Positions 1 through 10,274 of a stretch of DNA of 64,000 nt are shown here, one piece after another. This stretch comes from Thermodesulfobacteriota bacterium (GTDB lineage Bacteria > Desulfobacterota > Anaeroferrophillalia > Anaeroferrophillales > Tharpellaceae), in assembly GCA_024763535.1 (NCBI GenBank), contig JANTFH010000002.1, positions 8,338 to 72,337 on the forward strand. The letters are read 5' to 3'. Position numbers and translations under genes: made by a program. The notes below the pieces were generated by a model, which worked only from the letters and a program-made list of their open reading frames with translations, was not told where the DNA came from and did no database searches. Numbering within the stretch: position 1 is the first letter of the stretch; each line of letters starts with the position of its first letter.

Positions 1-2
1 TG

Positions 3-2066
3 GCATTTTTAGGCGAGATCCTGGCCCAGCTGAAACAGGACCGACTCAGTGATGCCCGTAAGACCTTTGCCCAACGTCCGGAGGAGTTGCGGGAAGCGCC
101 GGCTGCGGCTGCGGCCCTGCGGGAGCTGGTGGAGGCCTTTTCGGTGGCGGATGACCCGGAATCCGCGGCGGCTCTGGGTGAAGAGTTGGTCGGTACTTTT
201 CCGGTGACCCTGCTCCAGGTGGATGATTTTCGGCGTCTGGCCCGGCTGCAGGCGGCACAGGGGGAGTCGGAGAGAGCCCTGCAGACCTTAAAATCTGGAA
301 TTGAGGCTTTCGCGGAAGAAGACAAAAGCGATGAGCTGCTGTTCTCTCTGCGGCTCGAACAGGCCCGGATTTTATATGACGCGGAAGCCTTTGCCGAGGC
401 ATCCGTCATCCTTGAGAGACTTTACGCTCAAAGGTCAAAAATCGGGGAGATGGCGGATCGTTCGCAGGTCTATCTGCTTCTGGCGCGAACCTTGAATCGG
501 AGTGCCGCCTATCCCCGAACCCTCGAGGTGCTCTCCTCACTGCCGGTTGAGTTTTCTCTGAAGCGGCGGGCGGAACTTATCTACGAAAGAGGCTGGGCGG
601 CTCTACAGAGCGGCCGGTTCAAGCTGGCGGCCAATGATTTTTCAACCTATCTCAAGATAGTTAAAGAGAGTGATGTCAGCCGGAGTTTAATCCAGAATGC
701 CGAGATTAATAAGGCTGAAGCTCTCTTTAATCTGCATCAGGATCAGGAGACAGCCGCCCTTCTGGCCGGCTTTGTGAAGCGCTGGCCGCAGAGTCCCTTT
801 CTTCCCCGGGTGCTTAACTATCAGGGTCTACTGGCCTTAAGGCAGGGGGAGTTTGAGAGAGCTGAAGCCATTTTTTCCGATCTCGCTTCAGCCAATCTGC
901 ATGGTGATAAAAAACTTGAGAACGAGGTTCTCTATAACCTGGGTGAGAGTCTGTTCAGTCTGGAGAAATATCCGGAAGCGATTACCGTCTATAAGGAGCT
1001 TGCGGATAAAAATCCTCATTTGCAAATCAGCGGTCAAGCCCTGATCCGGATCGGTGAGAGTTACTTTAATCAGGGTCAATATCTAAAGTCGCAACTGGTC
1101 TATCTCAAAGCGAAACAGCTCTGGCCTGGAAGTGAGATTGATGAAAAGGCCAGTTACGGTATGCTGCTTCTGGCCTATAATCAGGATAAGTTTGACTACC
1201 TTGAAACCGAGGTCAAAAATTTCATCCGCAATTTCCCTGATTCATCCTATACCGTACCTTTGATGCTGCTTCTGGTTGACCTTTATCAGCGTCAGGGTCG
1301 TGAAGCCGATCTACTTCAGCTTTTTAATAAGCTGGAAACCGGTAATTACGCGGATGATTTGAAGCTGGAAGCCTTTTATCGACATTTTATGCTTGATGCG
1401 AAAAAAGATCGCCGGGAGGCCGCCCGTAAGGACTGCCGGCGGCTGATGGCTCGTTTCCCGTTGAGTAAATACGAGTGTGACTGCCGCCTCTACCTGGCCC
1501 GTTATGATTTCTCCAAAGGAAATTACAAGACGGCTCTGACTATACTGGAAACCCTGCCGGAGAGTGGTTGCCCTGATCCTGAACTCAAACGACAGATATC
1601 TCTGCTGCGGGCTCGGAGTTACCAGGAACTGAGTAAATTTGCCAAGGCCCGGAAACTTTATCTCCTTGTTGCCGAGGATCGTCGCAGCAGTGAAGCTCAG
1701 ACCTTTCTCGCTTTTACCGGATTAGGTGATATCTTTGTCCAAGAAAAAGAGTACGATGAAGCCCTCTTTTTCTATGATAAAGCAAGGCAGAACTCGGTTA
1801 AATCAAAGGCTGCCGCCGCCGCTCTGAAACACGCTTCGACTCTGGAGGCGGCCGGTCGGGTTGCCGCCGCCCGCAAATCCTATCTCCGGATAGCTTACCT
1901 CTATCCGGATCAGCAGCAAACCGTCGGAGAGGCTCTGCTCGCCGCCCTGCGCCTGGCAAAACAGGAGAAAGATACGGCTACTGTCAAGAAAATGGCGGAA
2001 AAACTGAAATCGATTAAGCTTGACAAAGTCCAGAGGCTTGAGTTTGAAAGAATAATGGGTTTGTAA
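3..2066 (+). CDS. Tetratricopeptide-repeat (TPR) protein, 5' end truncated by window edge
   Basis: Frame is open from base 3 through the track ORF 87..2066; repeated TPR-like helices (e.g. VLYNLGESLFSLEKYPEAITVYKEL, ALIRIGESYFNQGQYLKSQLVY). Confidence 0.85.
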   Translation, partial: AFLGEILAQLKQDRLSDARKTFAQRPEELREAPAAAAALRELVEAFSVADDPESAAALGEELVGTFPVTLLQVDDFRRLARLQAAQGESERALQTLKSGIEAFAEEDKSDELLFSLRLEQARILYDAEAFAEASVILERLYAQRSKIGEMADRSQVYLLLARTLNRSAAYPRTLEVLSSLPVEFSLKRRAELIYERGWAALQSGRFKLAANDFSTYLKIVKESDVSRSLIQNAEINKAEALFNLHQDQETAALLAGFVKRWPQSPFLPRVLNYQGLLALRQGEFERAEAIFSDLASANLHGDKKLENEVLYNLGESLFSLEKYPEAITVYKELADKNPHLQISGQALIRIGESYFNQGQYLKSQLVYLKAKQLWPGSEIDEKASYGMLLLAYNQDKFDYLETEVKNFIRNFPDSSYTVPLMLLLVDLYQRQGREADLLQLFNKLETGNYADDLKLEAFYRHFMLDAKKDRREAARKDCRRLMARFPLSKYECDCRLYLARYDFSKGNYKTALTILETLPESGCPDPELKRQISLLRARSYQELSKFAKARKLYLLVAEDRRSSEAQTFLAFTGLGDIFVQEKEYDEALFFYDKARQNSVKSKAAAAALKHASTLEAAGRVAAARKSYLRIAYLYPDQQQTVGEALLAALRLAKQEKDTATVKKMAEKLKSIKLDKVQRLEFERIMGL

Positions 2067-2229
2067 AGATTTGAGCGTTATGATAAGATTAAGAGAGTCA
2101 TGAAAAATTACTTTGCTCTTGCCCAAGATTGAATGAAAATTCTGACTTTTTGAGCGATGTTTTAAGAATGTTTTTCGTTTTTTATACAGTTGAACAACCC
2201 TTAAGTTACCATTAACCGGAGGATTTTTG

Positions 2230-2838
2230 ATGTATCAGTTCGTTATGAAAGGCGGGTATCTGATGTACCCGATTATCTTGTGTTCGATTCTTACTCTGGC
2301 CATTCTGTTTGAGCGGTTGTTCGCCCTGCGCCGCAGCCGGATTATACCGGAAAAGTTTATCATTGAAGTCAGTGACCTGGTTCGCCAGCAGCGGATGGAA
2401 GATGCCATGACCCAGTGTCGTTTGAATGACTCTTCGATCTCCAGAATTATGATGGCCGGAATCTCCCGTCATGATAAATCACGCCAGCAGGTGAAGGAGG
2501 CGATTGAGGATATGGGGCGTCTTGAAGCCGCAAATCTGGAACGTTTTCTCAATATCCTCGGGACTATTGCCGGTATCGCACCGCTGCTCGGACTGCTGGG
2601 AACCGTAACCGGTATGATTAAGGCTTTCAGCGTCATCTCCCATGCCGGTATCGGCAACCCGCAGATGCTGGCCGGCGGCATCTCAGAAGCTTTGATTACT
2701 ACGGCTGCCGGTTTGACGGTGGCGATTCCCTCTTTCGTTTTTTATAAGCTCCTGCGCTCCCGGGTCGACAAACGCATCTTACGTATGGAGCGGGTTTCAA
2801 TCGAGTTGCTGGATCTTATTAATTTGGAAAAGGGGTGA
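2230..2838 (+). CDS. MotA/TolQ/ExbB proton channel family protein
   Basis: TM segment IAGIAPLLGLLGTVTGMIKAF and GISEALITTAAGLTVAIP; ATG at 2230 after GGAGG. Confidence 0.92.
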   Translation: MYQFVMKGGYLMYPIILCSILTLAILFERLFALRRSRIIPEKFIIEVSDLVRQQRMEDAMTQCRLNDSSISRIMMAGISRHDKSRQQVKEAIEDMGRLEAANLERFLNILGTIAGIAPLLGLLGTVTGMIKAFSVISHAGIGNPQMLAGGISEALITTAAGLTVAIPSFVFYKLLRSRVDKRILRMERVSIELLDLINLEKG

Positions 2839-2847
2839 GTGTAGATT

Positions 2848-3258
2848 ATGCGTTTTCAGACTCGCAAACAAGATGATGTTCAGCTTGATATGACTCCGCT
2901 GGTCGATATTGTCTTTCTGCTGCTGATCTTCTTTATGCTCTCTACCAGTCTCTCCGTGAATCCCGGCATCAAGATTGATTTGCCGAAATCATCCGCCGAG
3001 CAGGTGAAAAAGAAGAAGACGACCTTGAGGGTTGCGATTGAGGCCGGCGGCCATATATTTCTTGAGGGTAAAAAACTGAGCCTGGAGCAGCTGCGAGAAA
3101 AATTTGCCGTGGTCGGCAAGGCCAAGGGTGATGATGCTCTGGTGGTAATTGAGGCTGACCGGAAAGTCTATCATGGTCTGGTGGTTAAGGTTATGGACGC
3201 GGCCAAGACCTCCGGACTGAATAAACTGGCGATTGCGACCCGGCCGGAAGATAAGTAA
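2848..3258 (+). CDS. ExbD/TolR family biopolymer transporter
   Basis: Motif DMTPLVDIVFLLLIFFM with the conserved TM Asp; C-terminal ADRKVYHGLVVKVMDAAK. Confidence 0.92.
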   Translation: MRFQTRKQDDVQLDMTPLVDIVFLLLIFFMLSTSLSVNPGIKIDLPKSSAEQVKKKKTTLRVAIEAGGHIFLEGKKLSLEQLREKFAVVGKAKGDDALVVIEADRKVYHGLVVKVMDAAKTSGLNKLAIATRPEDK

Positions 3259-3280
3259 TAAATGCAAAAAGAGGTGACTT

Positions 3281-4150
3281 TTGCTTGATGTACCCCGTTA
3301 TAAGCCAGTTCGCCTGATACCTTTTCTGCTGCTCTCCTGTCTGTTGCACTTTAGTTTCCTGCTGGCGCTGCCGGATCTGAACCGTCTCTTTAATATCCAT
3401 ATAAGACGGCTGATACCGTTGGCACAGGTTGAACTTGAGGTGGATCTGATCAAACCCGATCGTAAGCCGCAGCCCAAACCTAAGCCCAAATCCGGTGTCG
3501 TCGAAAATAACTCCTCCCGTAAGTTTGATCAGCACATAGCCTCCCTGATTGATGCCCGTATGCAGCAACTTCCCGCTCTCGGTGATGCCGAAGAACCGCC
3601 GCCGGCGGCGCTTGAACTGCCGGCGGTAAAGGATCTGCCTGAGAATTCAGCTACGGTTCTGGCGCTGCCGAAAACCGACCCCCTGGCCCGGCCCCGGGAG
3701 TTGCTGGGAAAACTCGGCCGCCAGTCCCAGGGCCGCTTGAGCGGTCGGCGTCTGGGTGGAGTAATCGATAAACCGGAGAGCGATGACCGCCTGACCCGGT
3801 TGTTGGCGGAGGACGTGAAAAAGGCTCTGGATCACTATGCCGTGGCCGAGAAAAAGCCGAAAGAGCGAGACTACAGTTTGAGCGGTCCGGTGGCCGTAAA
3901 CCGTAAGGTTCTGTTTCGCCCGGCTCTGCCCAAGGTTACCCTGGTTCGGGATGTTACTGTCAGTTTTCGTTTCTGGGTGCGGCCCGACGGCAGTGTTAAC
4001 CGGATAGAGACCCGGCGCATCGGTGATCTGGAACTGGTCAATGTGGCGGAAAGATATCTGAAACAGTGGCGTTTTACCCGGCTCTCTCCCGAAGTCAAGC
4101 AGCAGGAGCAGTGGGGGACAGTTAACATTACTTTTCGGGTGCCGCGATGA
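3281..4150 (+). CDS. TonB/TolA-like energy transducer
   Basis: N-terminal TM with SxxxH (SCLLH), Pro/Lys-rich linker (KPQPKPKPK), C-terminal TonB_C-like segment (FWVRPDGSV...LKQWRF); follows exbB/exbD homologues. Confidence 0.75.
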   Translation: MLDVPRYKPVRLIPFLLLSCLLHFSFLLALPDLNRLFNIHIRRLIPLAQVELEVDLIKPDRKPQPKPKPKSGVVENNSSRKFDQHIASLIDARMQQLPALGDAEEPPPAALELPAVKDLPENSATVLALPKTDPLARPRELLGKLGRQSQGRLSGRRLGGVIDKPESDDRLTRLLAEDVKKALDHYAVAEKKPKERDYSLSGPVAVNRKVLFRPALPKVTLVRDVTVSFRFWVRPDGSVNRIETRRIGDLELVNVAERYLKQWRFTRLSPEVKQQEQWGTVNITFRVPR

Positions 4151-4428
4151 GACGCCGTCTGATCTCAGCTCTGCTGTTGCTTTTGATCTTCTATTTCGTC
4201 TGGCTGACCTGGTTCGGGAGCCGGGGAAATCGGGCGTTGAGTGCGGTTGAACACGAGATTGAGCGTCTGCATGATCGTAACCGGGAACTCAAGGTGGAGA
4301 ATCAGCGTTTCAGCCGTAAAATCCGTCTGTTGCAGAGTGATGTTCGTTACCAGGAACTGGTTGTCCGCCGGGAACTTTATATGATTCGTGACAACGAGAT
4401 CATTTTTCTTTTTGCTGAGCATAAGTAG
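4147..4428 (+). CDS. ftsB: Septum formation initiator, FtsB/DivIC family
   Basis: Single TM, WFGSRG motif, coiled coil, ELVVRRELYMIRDNEIIF resembling the FtsB C-terminal motif. Confidence 0.8.
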   Translation: MRRRLISALLLLLIFYFVWLTWFGSRGNRALSAVEHEIERLHDRNRELKVENQRFSRKIRLLQSDVRYQELVVRRELYMIRDNEIIFLFAEHK

Positions 4429-4439
4429 TCAATGTTTGC

Positions 4440-4468
4440 TTGACAATTTTTGAGCAACTGACTACTAT
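4440..4468 (+). promoter_or_regulatory. Sigma70-type promoter upstream of argS
   Basis: TTGACA (4440-4445), 17-nt spacer, TACTAT (4463-4468). Confidence 0.6.
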
Positions 4469-4554
4469 CCTGAGACTTATATTTTCCATTCTCCCTCTGC
4501 TTAAGGGTTGAGGGTATTTTTGTGTTAAGGCACATCCGCCAAGAAAAAATATTT

Positions 4555-6231
4555 ATGAAAAAACGAGTTACAGGATACGTAGAAACCGCAGTAAAAGCTG
4601 TGGCTGCCGCCCGGGGTCTGGCTGAGGCTGAACTGCCTGAGATTGTGGTTGAGCTGCCCCGGGAGAAAAGCTTTGGTGATTTTTCGACCAATATCGCGAT
4701 GCAGCTGGCTAGGCCCTGGCGCGATAATCCGCGTCGGATCGGCGAAGCTATAAAAGCCGAGCTCGAAAATGAGAATGCCTTATCGGAAGTAACGATTGCC
4801 GGACCCGGTTTTATTAATATGACTCTGGATCTCTCGCTCTGGCATCAGCGCTTAAAAGAGATCTATCGGCAGCGGGATAAGTTCGCTCATCTCGACTACG
4901 GCGCCGGTAGGCGGGTGCTGATCGAATTTGTCAGTGCCAACCCTACCGGTCCTCTGCATATCGGTCATGGTCGCGGAGCGGCAGTCGGTGATGTCTTGGC
5001 CAGGCTCCTGAAACGTACCGGTTTTGCGGTTGATCGTGAGTACTACGTTAACGATGCCGGTAACCAGATGCAGGTTTTAGGTCGTTCCCTGCGCTGGCGC
5101 TACCTGGAACTTTCAGGTAAGCGCTCCGGTGAGATTCCGGAAGGCTATTACCGGGGAGAGTATCTACTTGATCTGGCCCGGGAACTGATGGCCGAGTCGG
5201 GGCGGGAGCTGGTATCTCTCGAGGTTGAGGAAGAGGATGATACGGCCCTTGAGTTTTTTACCGCTTATGCCGCCGACTCAATTCTGGATGGTATCCGCCG
5301 TGATCTTGAGCTTTTCGGGGTCGGTTTTGAGCATTGGACCAGTGAAAAAGAGTTTTTTACCTCGGGCAAGGTTGATGCCGCTCTGGCTGACTTGAAAGCC
5401 AAAGAAGTTCTTTACGAGGATGAGGGCGCGCTCTGGTTTGCCTCCTCACGTTTTGGTGATGAGAAGGATCGGGTGGTGGTTCGGGCCAACGGTGTAAAAA
5501 CCTATTTTGCTTCCGATATCGCCTATCACCGGGAAAAATTTGCCCGGGGTTATGATCTTCTAGTCGATATCTGGGGTGCGGATCATCACGGTTATGTCCC
5601 GCGGCTTACGGCCGCGATTGAGGCTCTGGGCGGTAAGCCGGACAGCTTTGCCGCTATTCTGGTGCAGTTGGTCAGTCTCTCCCGGGGCGGAACGCCGGTG
5701 GCGATGTCGACTCGTTCGGGTGAATTTATTACCCTGAAGGAGGTGGTCGAAGAGGTCGGCAGAGATGCGGCCCGCTACTTTTTTCTGACCCGGGATTCGA
5801 ACAGTCATCTTGAATTCGATCTTGAGCTTGCTAAAGCCAAAAATAATGATAATCCGGTCTACTACGCTCAGTATGCGCATGCCCGGATCTGCAGTATCAT
5901 GCGAAAAATTGAGGCCGAGGGCCTCTGTGATAAAGCGGTTGAAACTTTTTCCGGGGCTTCACTGACTTTGCCGGAAGAGCTTGAACTGATCAAAAAACTG
6001 GACAGTCTGCCGAATGTTCTGGAGCGGGCGGCCCGAACCCTGGAACCTCACCGTCTGACCTACTATCTGGACGATCTGGCGGCCCAACTGCACTCCTACT
6101 ACAATCGCAATCGTGTGATCAGCGATCAGCAGGAGGTTTCCGGTGACCGTCTGCTTTTATTCGAAACCATTCGTCAGGTATTGGCGATCTGTTTGAACCT
6201 GCTTGGAGTTTCAGCTCCGGAGCAGATGTAG
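4555..6231 (+). CDS. argS: Arginine--tRNA ligase
   Basis: EFVSANPTGPLHIGHGRGA (HIGH), WGADHHGY, MSTRSGEF, YAQYAHARI; ATG 4555 preferred over the track start at 4522. Confidence 0.98.
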   Translation: MKKRVTGYVETAVKAVAAARGLAEAELPEIVVELPREKSFGDFSTNIAMQLARPWRDNPRRIGEAIKAELENENALSEVTIAGPGFINMTLDLSLWHQRLKEIYRQRDKFAHLDYGAGRRVLIEFVSANPTGPLHIGHGRGAAVGDVLARLLKRTGFAVDREYYVNDAGNQMQVLGRSLRWRYLELSGKRSGEIPEGYYRGEYLLDLARELMAESGRELVSLEVEEEDDTALEFFTAYAADSILDGIRRDLELFGVGFEHWTSEKEFFTSGKVDAALADLKAKEVLYEDEGALWFASSRFGDEKDRVVVRANGVKTYFASDIAYHREKFARGYDLLVDIWGADHHGYVPRLTAAIEALGGKPDSFAAILVQLVSLSRGGTPVAMSTRSGEFITLKEVVEEVGRDAARYFFLTRDSNSHLEFDLELAKAKNNDNPVYYAQYAHARICSIMRKIEAEGLCDKAVETFSGASLTLPEELELIKKLDSLPNVLERAARTLEPHRLTYYLDDLAAQLHSYYNRNRVISDQQEVSGDRLLLFETIRQVLAICLNLLGVSAPEQM

Positions 6232-6322
6232 GGTCTCTGCCGGAATGCAGGCGTAGGGGGTCGGTGTGGAAACTTTTTTATGCCGACAGGTTTATGGATA
6301 TAAAATAGACAAATAACGGTTT

Positions 6323-7033
6323 GTGGGGATTATGTTTGAGCAATTAAAAGCAGCCTTGGTTACATTTCTGGTTATTTTCGTTTTCTTTGTCGGCGGTATT
6401 CTGGTCGGCCTGAAACTGCCGGAGACGGAAATTTATCAGGAGTGGGCCGGTATCCAGCAGCCGGCCCCGGAAAAACTGCGGCCCACCAAGGTGGCGGTAA
6501 TTCAGATTCCGGGATCTCGGCAAGCTTCCGCAGCTACTCCTGAAACCCCCGTCGCGGCGTATCAGGAAGCCTGCCCCGGCGGGGTTTGCAAAATACCGGA
6601 AGCGGGACAGAAGCCGCATCAGCAGGCACCTGTAAAGCCGCAGGAGAAAATTGATCTGACCTTTTACGACGAGCTTGCCGATAAACCGACCGAGAGCGGC
6701 GGGTCGGCTCTGATCGTCAAGCAGACGCCGATAGTGAAAAAAAAGAAATCCGGTTCCATGGCAACAGCCAAAGTTAGGCGTCCGGTTTCCGACTCACAAC
6801 GCTGGGAGATCAGGGTCTGCTCTCTGCCGCAGGAGATCAAAGCCCGTTTGGAGCGGAGCCGGTTGATTAAGGATTTCCCGGGTGTTAAGATTGAACCGGT
6901 GCAGGTGGCCGGTAAGGGCACCTGGTACCGAATCAAGATCAGCGATATCAAGGATCGGGATACAGCGGAACGTTATCAGCAGGAACTGAGTCGTAAATAT
7001 CACTATAAGCCTCTGCTGCGGCAGCAGAAATAA
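6323..7033 (+). CDS. SPOR-domain membrane-anchored protein (FtsN-like)
   Basis: N-terminal TM, low-complexity linker, LTFYDEL motif, C-terminal SPOR-like domain (KGTWYRIKI); directly after argS. Confidence 0.75.
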   Translation: MGIMFEQLKAALVTFLVIFVFFVGGILVGLKLPETEIYQEWAGIQQPAPEKLRPTKVAVIQIPGSRQASAATPETPVAAYQEACPGGVCKIPEAGQKPHQQAPVKPQEKIDLTFYDELADKPTESGGSALIVKQTPIVKKKKSGSMATAKVRRPVSDSQRWEIRVCSLPQEIKARLERSRLIKDFPGVKIEPVQVAGKGTWYRIKISDIKDRDTAERYQQELSRKYHYKPLLRQQK

Positions 7034-7132
7034 GCGATAAAGATTATGAGTGTCTGCAAAAATTGTCTCTATTTTTCAAGACACTCTTATGGAGATTCAA
7101 GCGAATTTTTTTCGCGTATTTTTTAACTCAAT

Positions 7133-7154
7133 CAGGCGCCTGGCGTCTGTTTTT
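7133..7154 (+). terminator. Possible intrinsic terminator after the SPOR gene
   Basis: CAGGCGC-ctg-GCGTCTG stem (one G-U) followed by TTTTT. Confidence 0.4.
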
Positions 7155-7182
7155 GTATTTAATGTTTTGACCTTGGGTGGGC

Positions 7183-8988
7183 ATGGCTTTTCCGCAGAAA
7201 AATATTCGTAATTTCTCGATTATCGCGCATATCGATCATGGTAAGTCAACTCTGGCCGACCGCCTGCTGGAGATGACCGGGGCGGTTACTTCACGGCAGA
7301 TGAAGGATCAGCTCCTGGATAACATGGATCTTGAGCGCGAACGGGGCATTACGATCAAAGCCCAGTCGGTCTGTCTTGACTATGAGGCTGATGACGGTGA
7401 ACTCTATCAGCTCAATCTGATTGATACCCCCGGTCATGTCGATTTCTCCTATGAGGTGTCGCGTTCGCTGGCGGCAACCGAGGGGGCTATTCTCGTGGTT
7501 GATGCCGCTCAGGGAGTTGAGGCCCAGACCCTGGCTAATGTTTACCATGCTCTGGACGCCGATCTTGAGATTGTGCCGGTCTTGAACAAGATCGATCTGC
7601 CGGTGGCGGAACCGGAACGGATTAAACGTCAGATTGAGGACGTTATCGGTCTGGATGCCGAAAACGCCATCCTTATCAGTGCTAAAACCGGAGTTGGTAT
7701 TGATGAATTTCTGCGGGCCGTGGTGGAACGGGTTCCGGCTCCACGAGGTGATCTTGACGCACCTTTGAAAGCGATGATTTTCGACTCCTGGTTCGATCCC
7801 TATCAGGGGGTCATAGCCCTGGCTCGGATTTTTGACGGGATAGTCAAACCGGGTATGAAAATCAAGATGATGTCAACCAATTCCGAATTTGATGTCCTGC
7901 GGGTGGGGAAGATGTCTCCAGCCATGGTTGACAGTAAAACTCTAGAGGCCGGAGAGGTCGGTTTTGTCATTGCCGGGATCAAGGCGGTCGTCGACTGTAA
8001 GGTTGGTGATACGATTACCGGCGTCCGGGATTCAACCGCAACTCCATTTCCCGGTTTTCAGGAAGTGCAGCCGATGGTTTTCAGCGGGCTCTATCCGACC
8101 GACTCTATTCAGTATGAGCCGCTTCGGGACGCGCTCGATAAGCTCAGGCTCAATGATGCCTCCTTTACCTTTCAGCCGGAGACTTCGGTAGCTTTGGGTT
8201 TTGGTTTTCGCTGCGGTTTTTTAGGCCTGCTCCATATGGAGATTATTCAGGAGCGTCTGGAAAGGGAGTATCAGCTGGATCTGATTACAACCTCGCCGAC
8301 GGTTGTCTATGAGGTTGAGTTAAAAGACGGTTCGGTGGTGGCCATCGATAATCCGAGCAGCCTGCCCCTGGCCGGGGAGATCAGCCATATCGGGGAACCG
8401 ATGGTGCGGGCTTCGATTCATGTTCCGAATGAGTATATCGGCAATATCCTGAAACTGTGTGAAGACAAACGCGGTACCCAGCAGGAGATCAAGTATCTGG
8501 ACGAGACCCGGGCCATGGTGGTCTATGACCTGCCCTTAAATGAGATCGTTCTGGATTTTTATGACCGTCTGAAATCTTTAACCCGGGGATATGCTTCTCT
8601 CGATTATGAGCCTTGTGGTCATCGTCACGCCAACCTGGTAAAACTGGATATTTTGATCAACGGTGAACTAGTTGATGCTCTGTCAATGATAGTGCATCAG
8701 GACCGGGCTTTTGATCGCGGCCGGGATCTGGCGGTAAAGATGAAGGAGTTGATTCCCCGGCAGATGTTCGAGGTCGCGATTCAGGCAGCCATCGGTACTA
8801 AAGTGGTGGCGCGAACGACGGTAAAAGCTTTGCGTAAGAATGTTACCGCCAAATGTTACGGTGGAGATATTACCCGTAAACGTAAACTGTTGGAGAAACA
8901 GAAAGCCGGGAAGAAACGCATGAAGCAGGTCGGTAAGGTCGAACTGCCGCAGGACGCTTTTCTGGCGATTTTAAATATTGATTCATAG
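7183..8988 (+). CDS. lepA: Elongation factor 4 (LepA)
   Basis: [30 protein letters not shown]-terminal [18 protein letters not shown]. Confidence 0.99.
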   Translation: MAFPQKNIRNFSIIAHIDHGKSTLADRLLEMTGAVTSRQMKDQLLDNMDLERERGITIKAQSVCLDYEADDGELYQLNLIDTPGHVDFSYEVSRSLAATEGAILVVDAAQGVEAQTLANVYHALDADLEIVPVLNKIDLPVAEPERIKRQIEDVIGLDAENAILISAKTGVGIDEFLRAVVERVPAPRGDLDAPLKAMIFDSWFDPYQGVIALARIFDGIVKPGMKIKMMSTNSEFDVLRVGKMSPAMVDSKTLEAGEVGFVIAGIKAVVDCKVGDTITGVRDSTATPFPGFQEVQPMVFSGLYPTDSIQYEPLRDALDKLRLNDASFTFQPETSVALGFGFRCGFLGLLHMEIIQERLEREYQLDLITTSPTVVYEVELKDGSVVAIDNPSSLPLAGEISHIGEPMVRASIHVPNEYIGNILKLCEDKRGTQQEIKYLDETRAMVVYDLPLNEIVLDFYDRLKSLTRGYASLDYEPCGHRHANLVKLDILINGELVDALSMIVHQDRAFDRGRDLAVKMKELIPRQMFEVAIQAAIGTKVVARTTVKALRKNVTAKCYGGDITRKRKLLEKQKAGKKRMKQVGKVELPQDAFLAILNIDS

Positions 8989-9021
8989 TGCTTAATAATT
9001 CCAGATTAAAGAGAAGATGTT

Positions 9022-9663
9022 TTGAGTAAAAAGATAGCGTTAACCGCGGATCGTAAGGGCGGGATGATCCGTGAGTATGCCGAATCGATCATCATCGCCA
9101 TTCTGATTGCCCTGTTTATCCGGGCTTTCATTGTCCAGGCTTTCAAGATTCCCTCCGGTTCGATGGAACCGACCCTTTTAATCGGCGACCATCTACTGGT
9201 AAATAAGTTTGCCTACGGTATAAAGCTGCCTTTGGTCGATCAGAAGGTGCTGGTTTTCAATGAACCGGAGCGGGAAGATATCATCGTTTTTATCTTTCCC
9301 AAGGATAAGAGCAAAGACTTTATCAAGCGGGTTGTCGGGGTTCCCGGCGACACGGTTGAGATCCGTCGGAAAAAGATCTACATCAATGGTAAAATCTGGC
9401 ATGACAGCCATGGTGTCTATCGCGACAGTGAGGTTACCTCACTGGTTCCACGTGATAATTTCGGCCCGGTGGTGGTGCCGCCGGATCAGGTTTTTGTCAT
9501 GGGCGATAATCGGGACCACAGTTACGACAGTCGCTTCTGGGGATTTGTGCCCTTCGACCAGATTAAAGGCAAGGCCTGGATTCTCTACTGGTCATGGGAT
9601 AGTGCAAGTAAGAAGCTTATTGATAAAGTGCGTTTCAAGCGAATCGGCAAATTGCTTCACTGA
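9022..9663 (+). CDS. lepB: Signal peptidase I
   Basis: IPSGSMEPTL (catalytic Ser), FIKRVVG (catalytic Lys), GDNRDHSYDSRFWG. Confidence 0.97.
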   Translation: MSKKIALTADRKGGMIREYAESIIIAILIALFIRAFIVQAFKIPSGSMEPTLLIGDHLLVNKFAYGIKLPLVDQKVLVFNEPEREDIIVFIFPKDKSKDFIKRVVGVPGDTVEIRRKKIYINGKIWHDSHGVYRDSEVTSLVPRDNFGPVVVPPDQVFVMGDNRDHSYDSRFWGFVPFDQIKGKAWILYWSWDSASKKLIDKVRFKRIGKLLH

Positions 9664-9728
9664 TGCTGTTAAGTTATGAGGCCGATGATTGGTCGAATTT
9701 TATAATTACTGGATGAAAGTGTCGGATT

Positions 9729-10274
9729 ATGTCACCAAATGAAGAGAACAGCGTCTGCAGTGCCCGGGATGTGGAACAGATACTTAAGCGCATCGCCTTT
9801 GAGATTGTCGAACGCAACTCGGCCGTGGAAAAACTGGTGCTCGTCGGGATTTTGACCCGGGGTGTCTCACTGGCCCGGCGGCTCAAGAGGATTATTAATG
9901 AGACAGCAGACCGTGATCTGCCGCTGGGGAGTCTCGATATCACTCTCTATCGGGATGACCTCGCCTGTGCGACTCATCATCCGGTGGTTCGCAAAACCGA
10001 GATTCCTTTTTCGCTTGACGGCGTAACCGTGATTCTGGTTGATGATGTGCTCTATACCGGCCGCACCGTGCGGGCGGCAATGGACAGTCTGATCGATTTC
10101 GGGCGGCCGCAGAGTATTCAGTTGGCGGTTCTGGTTGACCGGGGCTGCCGTGAACTGCCGATCGCCGCCGATTTTGTCGGGGTCAGTGTGCCCGCGTCAC
10201 CGCAGGACCGGGTGATGGTTAGGGTCGAAGAGAGTGATGGTTTTGATAAAATAACGGTTATGCCGCGCGATTAA
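9729..10274 (+). CDS. pyrR: PyrR, pyrimidine regulatory protein / uracil phosphoribosyltransferase
   Basis: LDITLYRDD, LVDDVLYTGRT, DRGCRELPI; precedes pyrB. Confidence 0.95.
   Translation: MSPNEENSVCSARDVEQILKRIAFEIVERNSAVEKLVLVGILTRGVSLARRLKRIINETADRDLPLGSLDITLYRDDLACATHHPVVRKTEIPFSLDGVTVILVDDVLYTGRTVRAAMDSLIDFGRPQSIQLAVLVDRGCRELPIAADFVGVSVPASPQDRVMVRVEESDGFDKITVMPRD

Noticed and set aside
46-402. Pro-rich 118-aa minus-strand ORF
   Set aside because: Lies opposite the TPR gene; Pro-richness reflects the GC-rich sense strand.
9664-9728. PyrR attenuator ahead of pyrR
   Set aside because: The gap is only about 65 bp, with no binding loop, antiterminator or U-tailed terminator.
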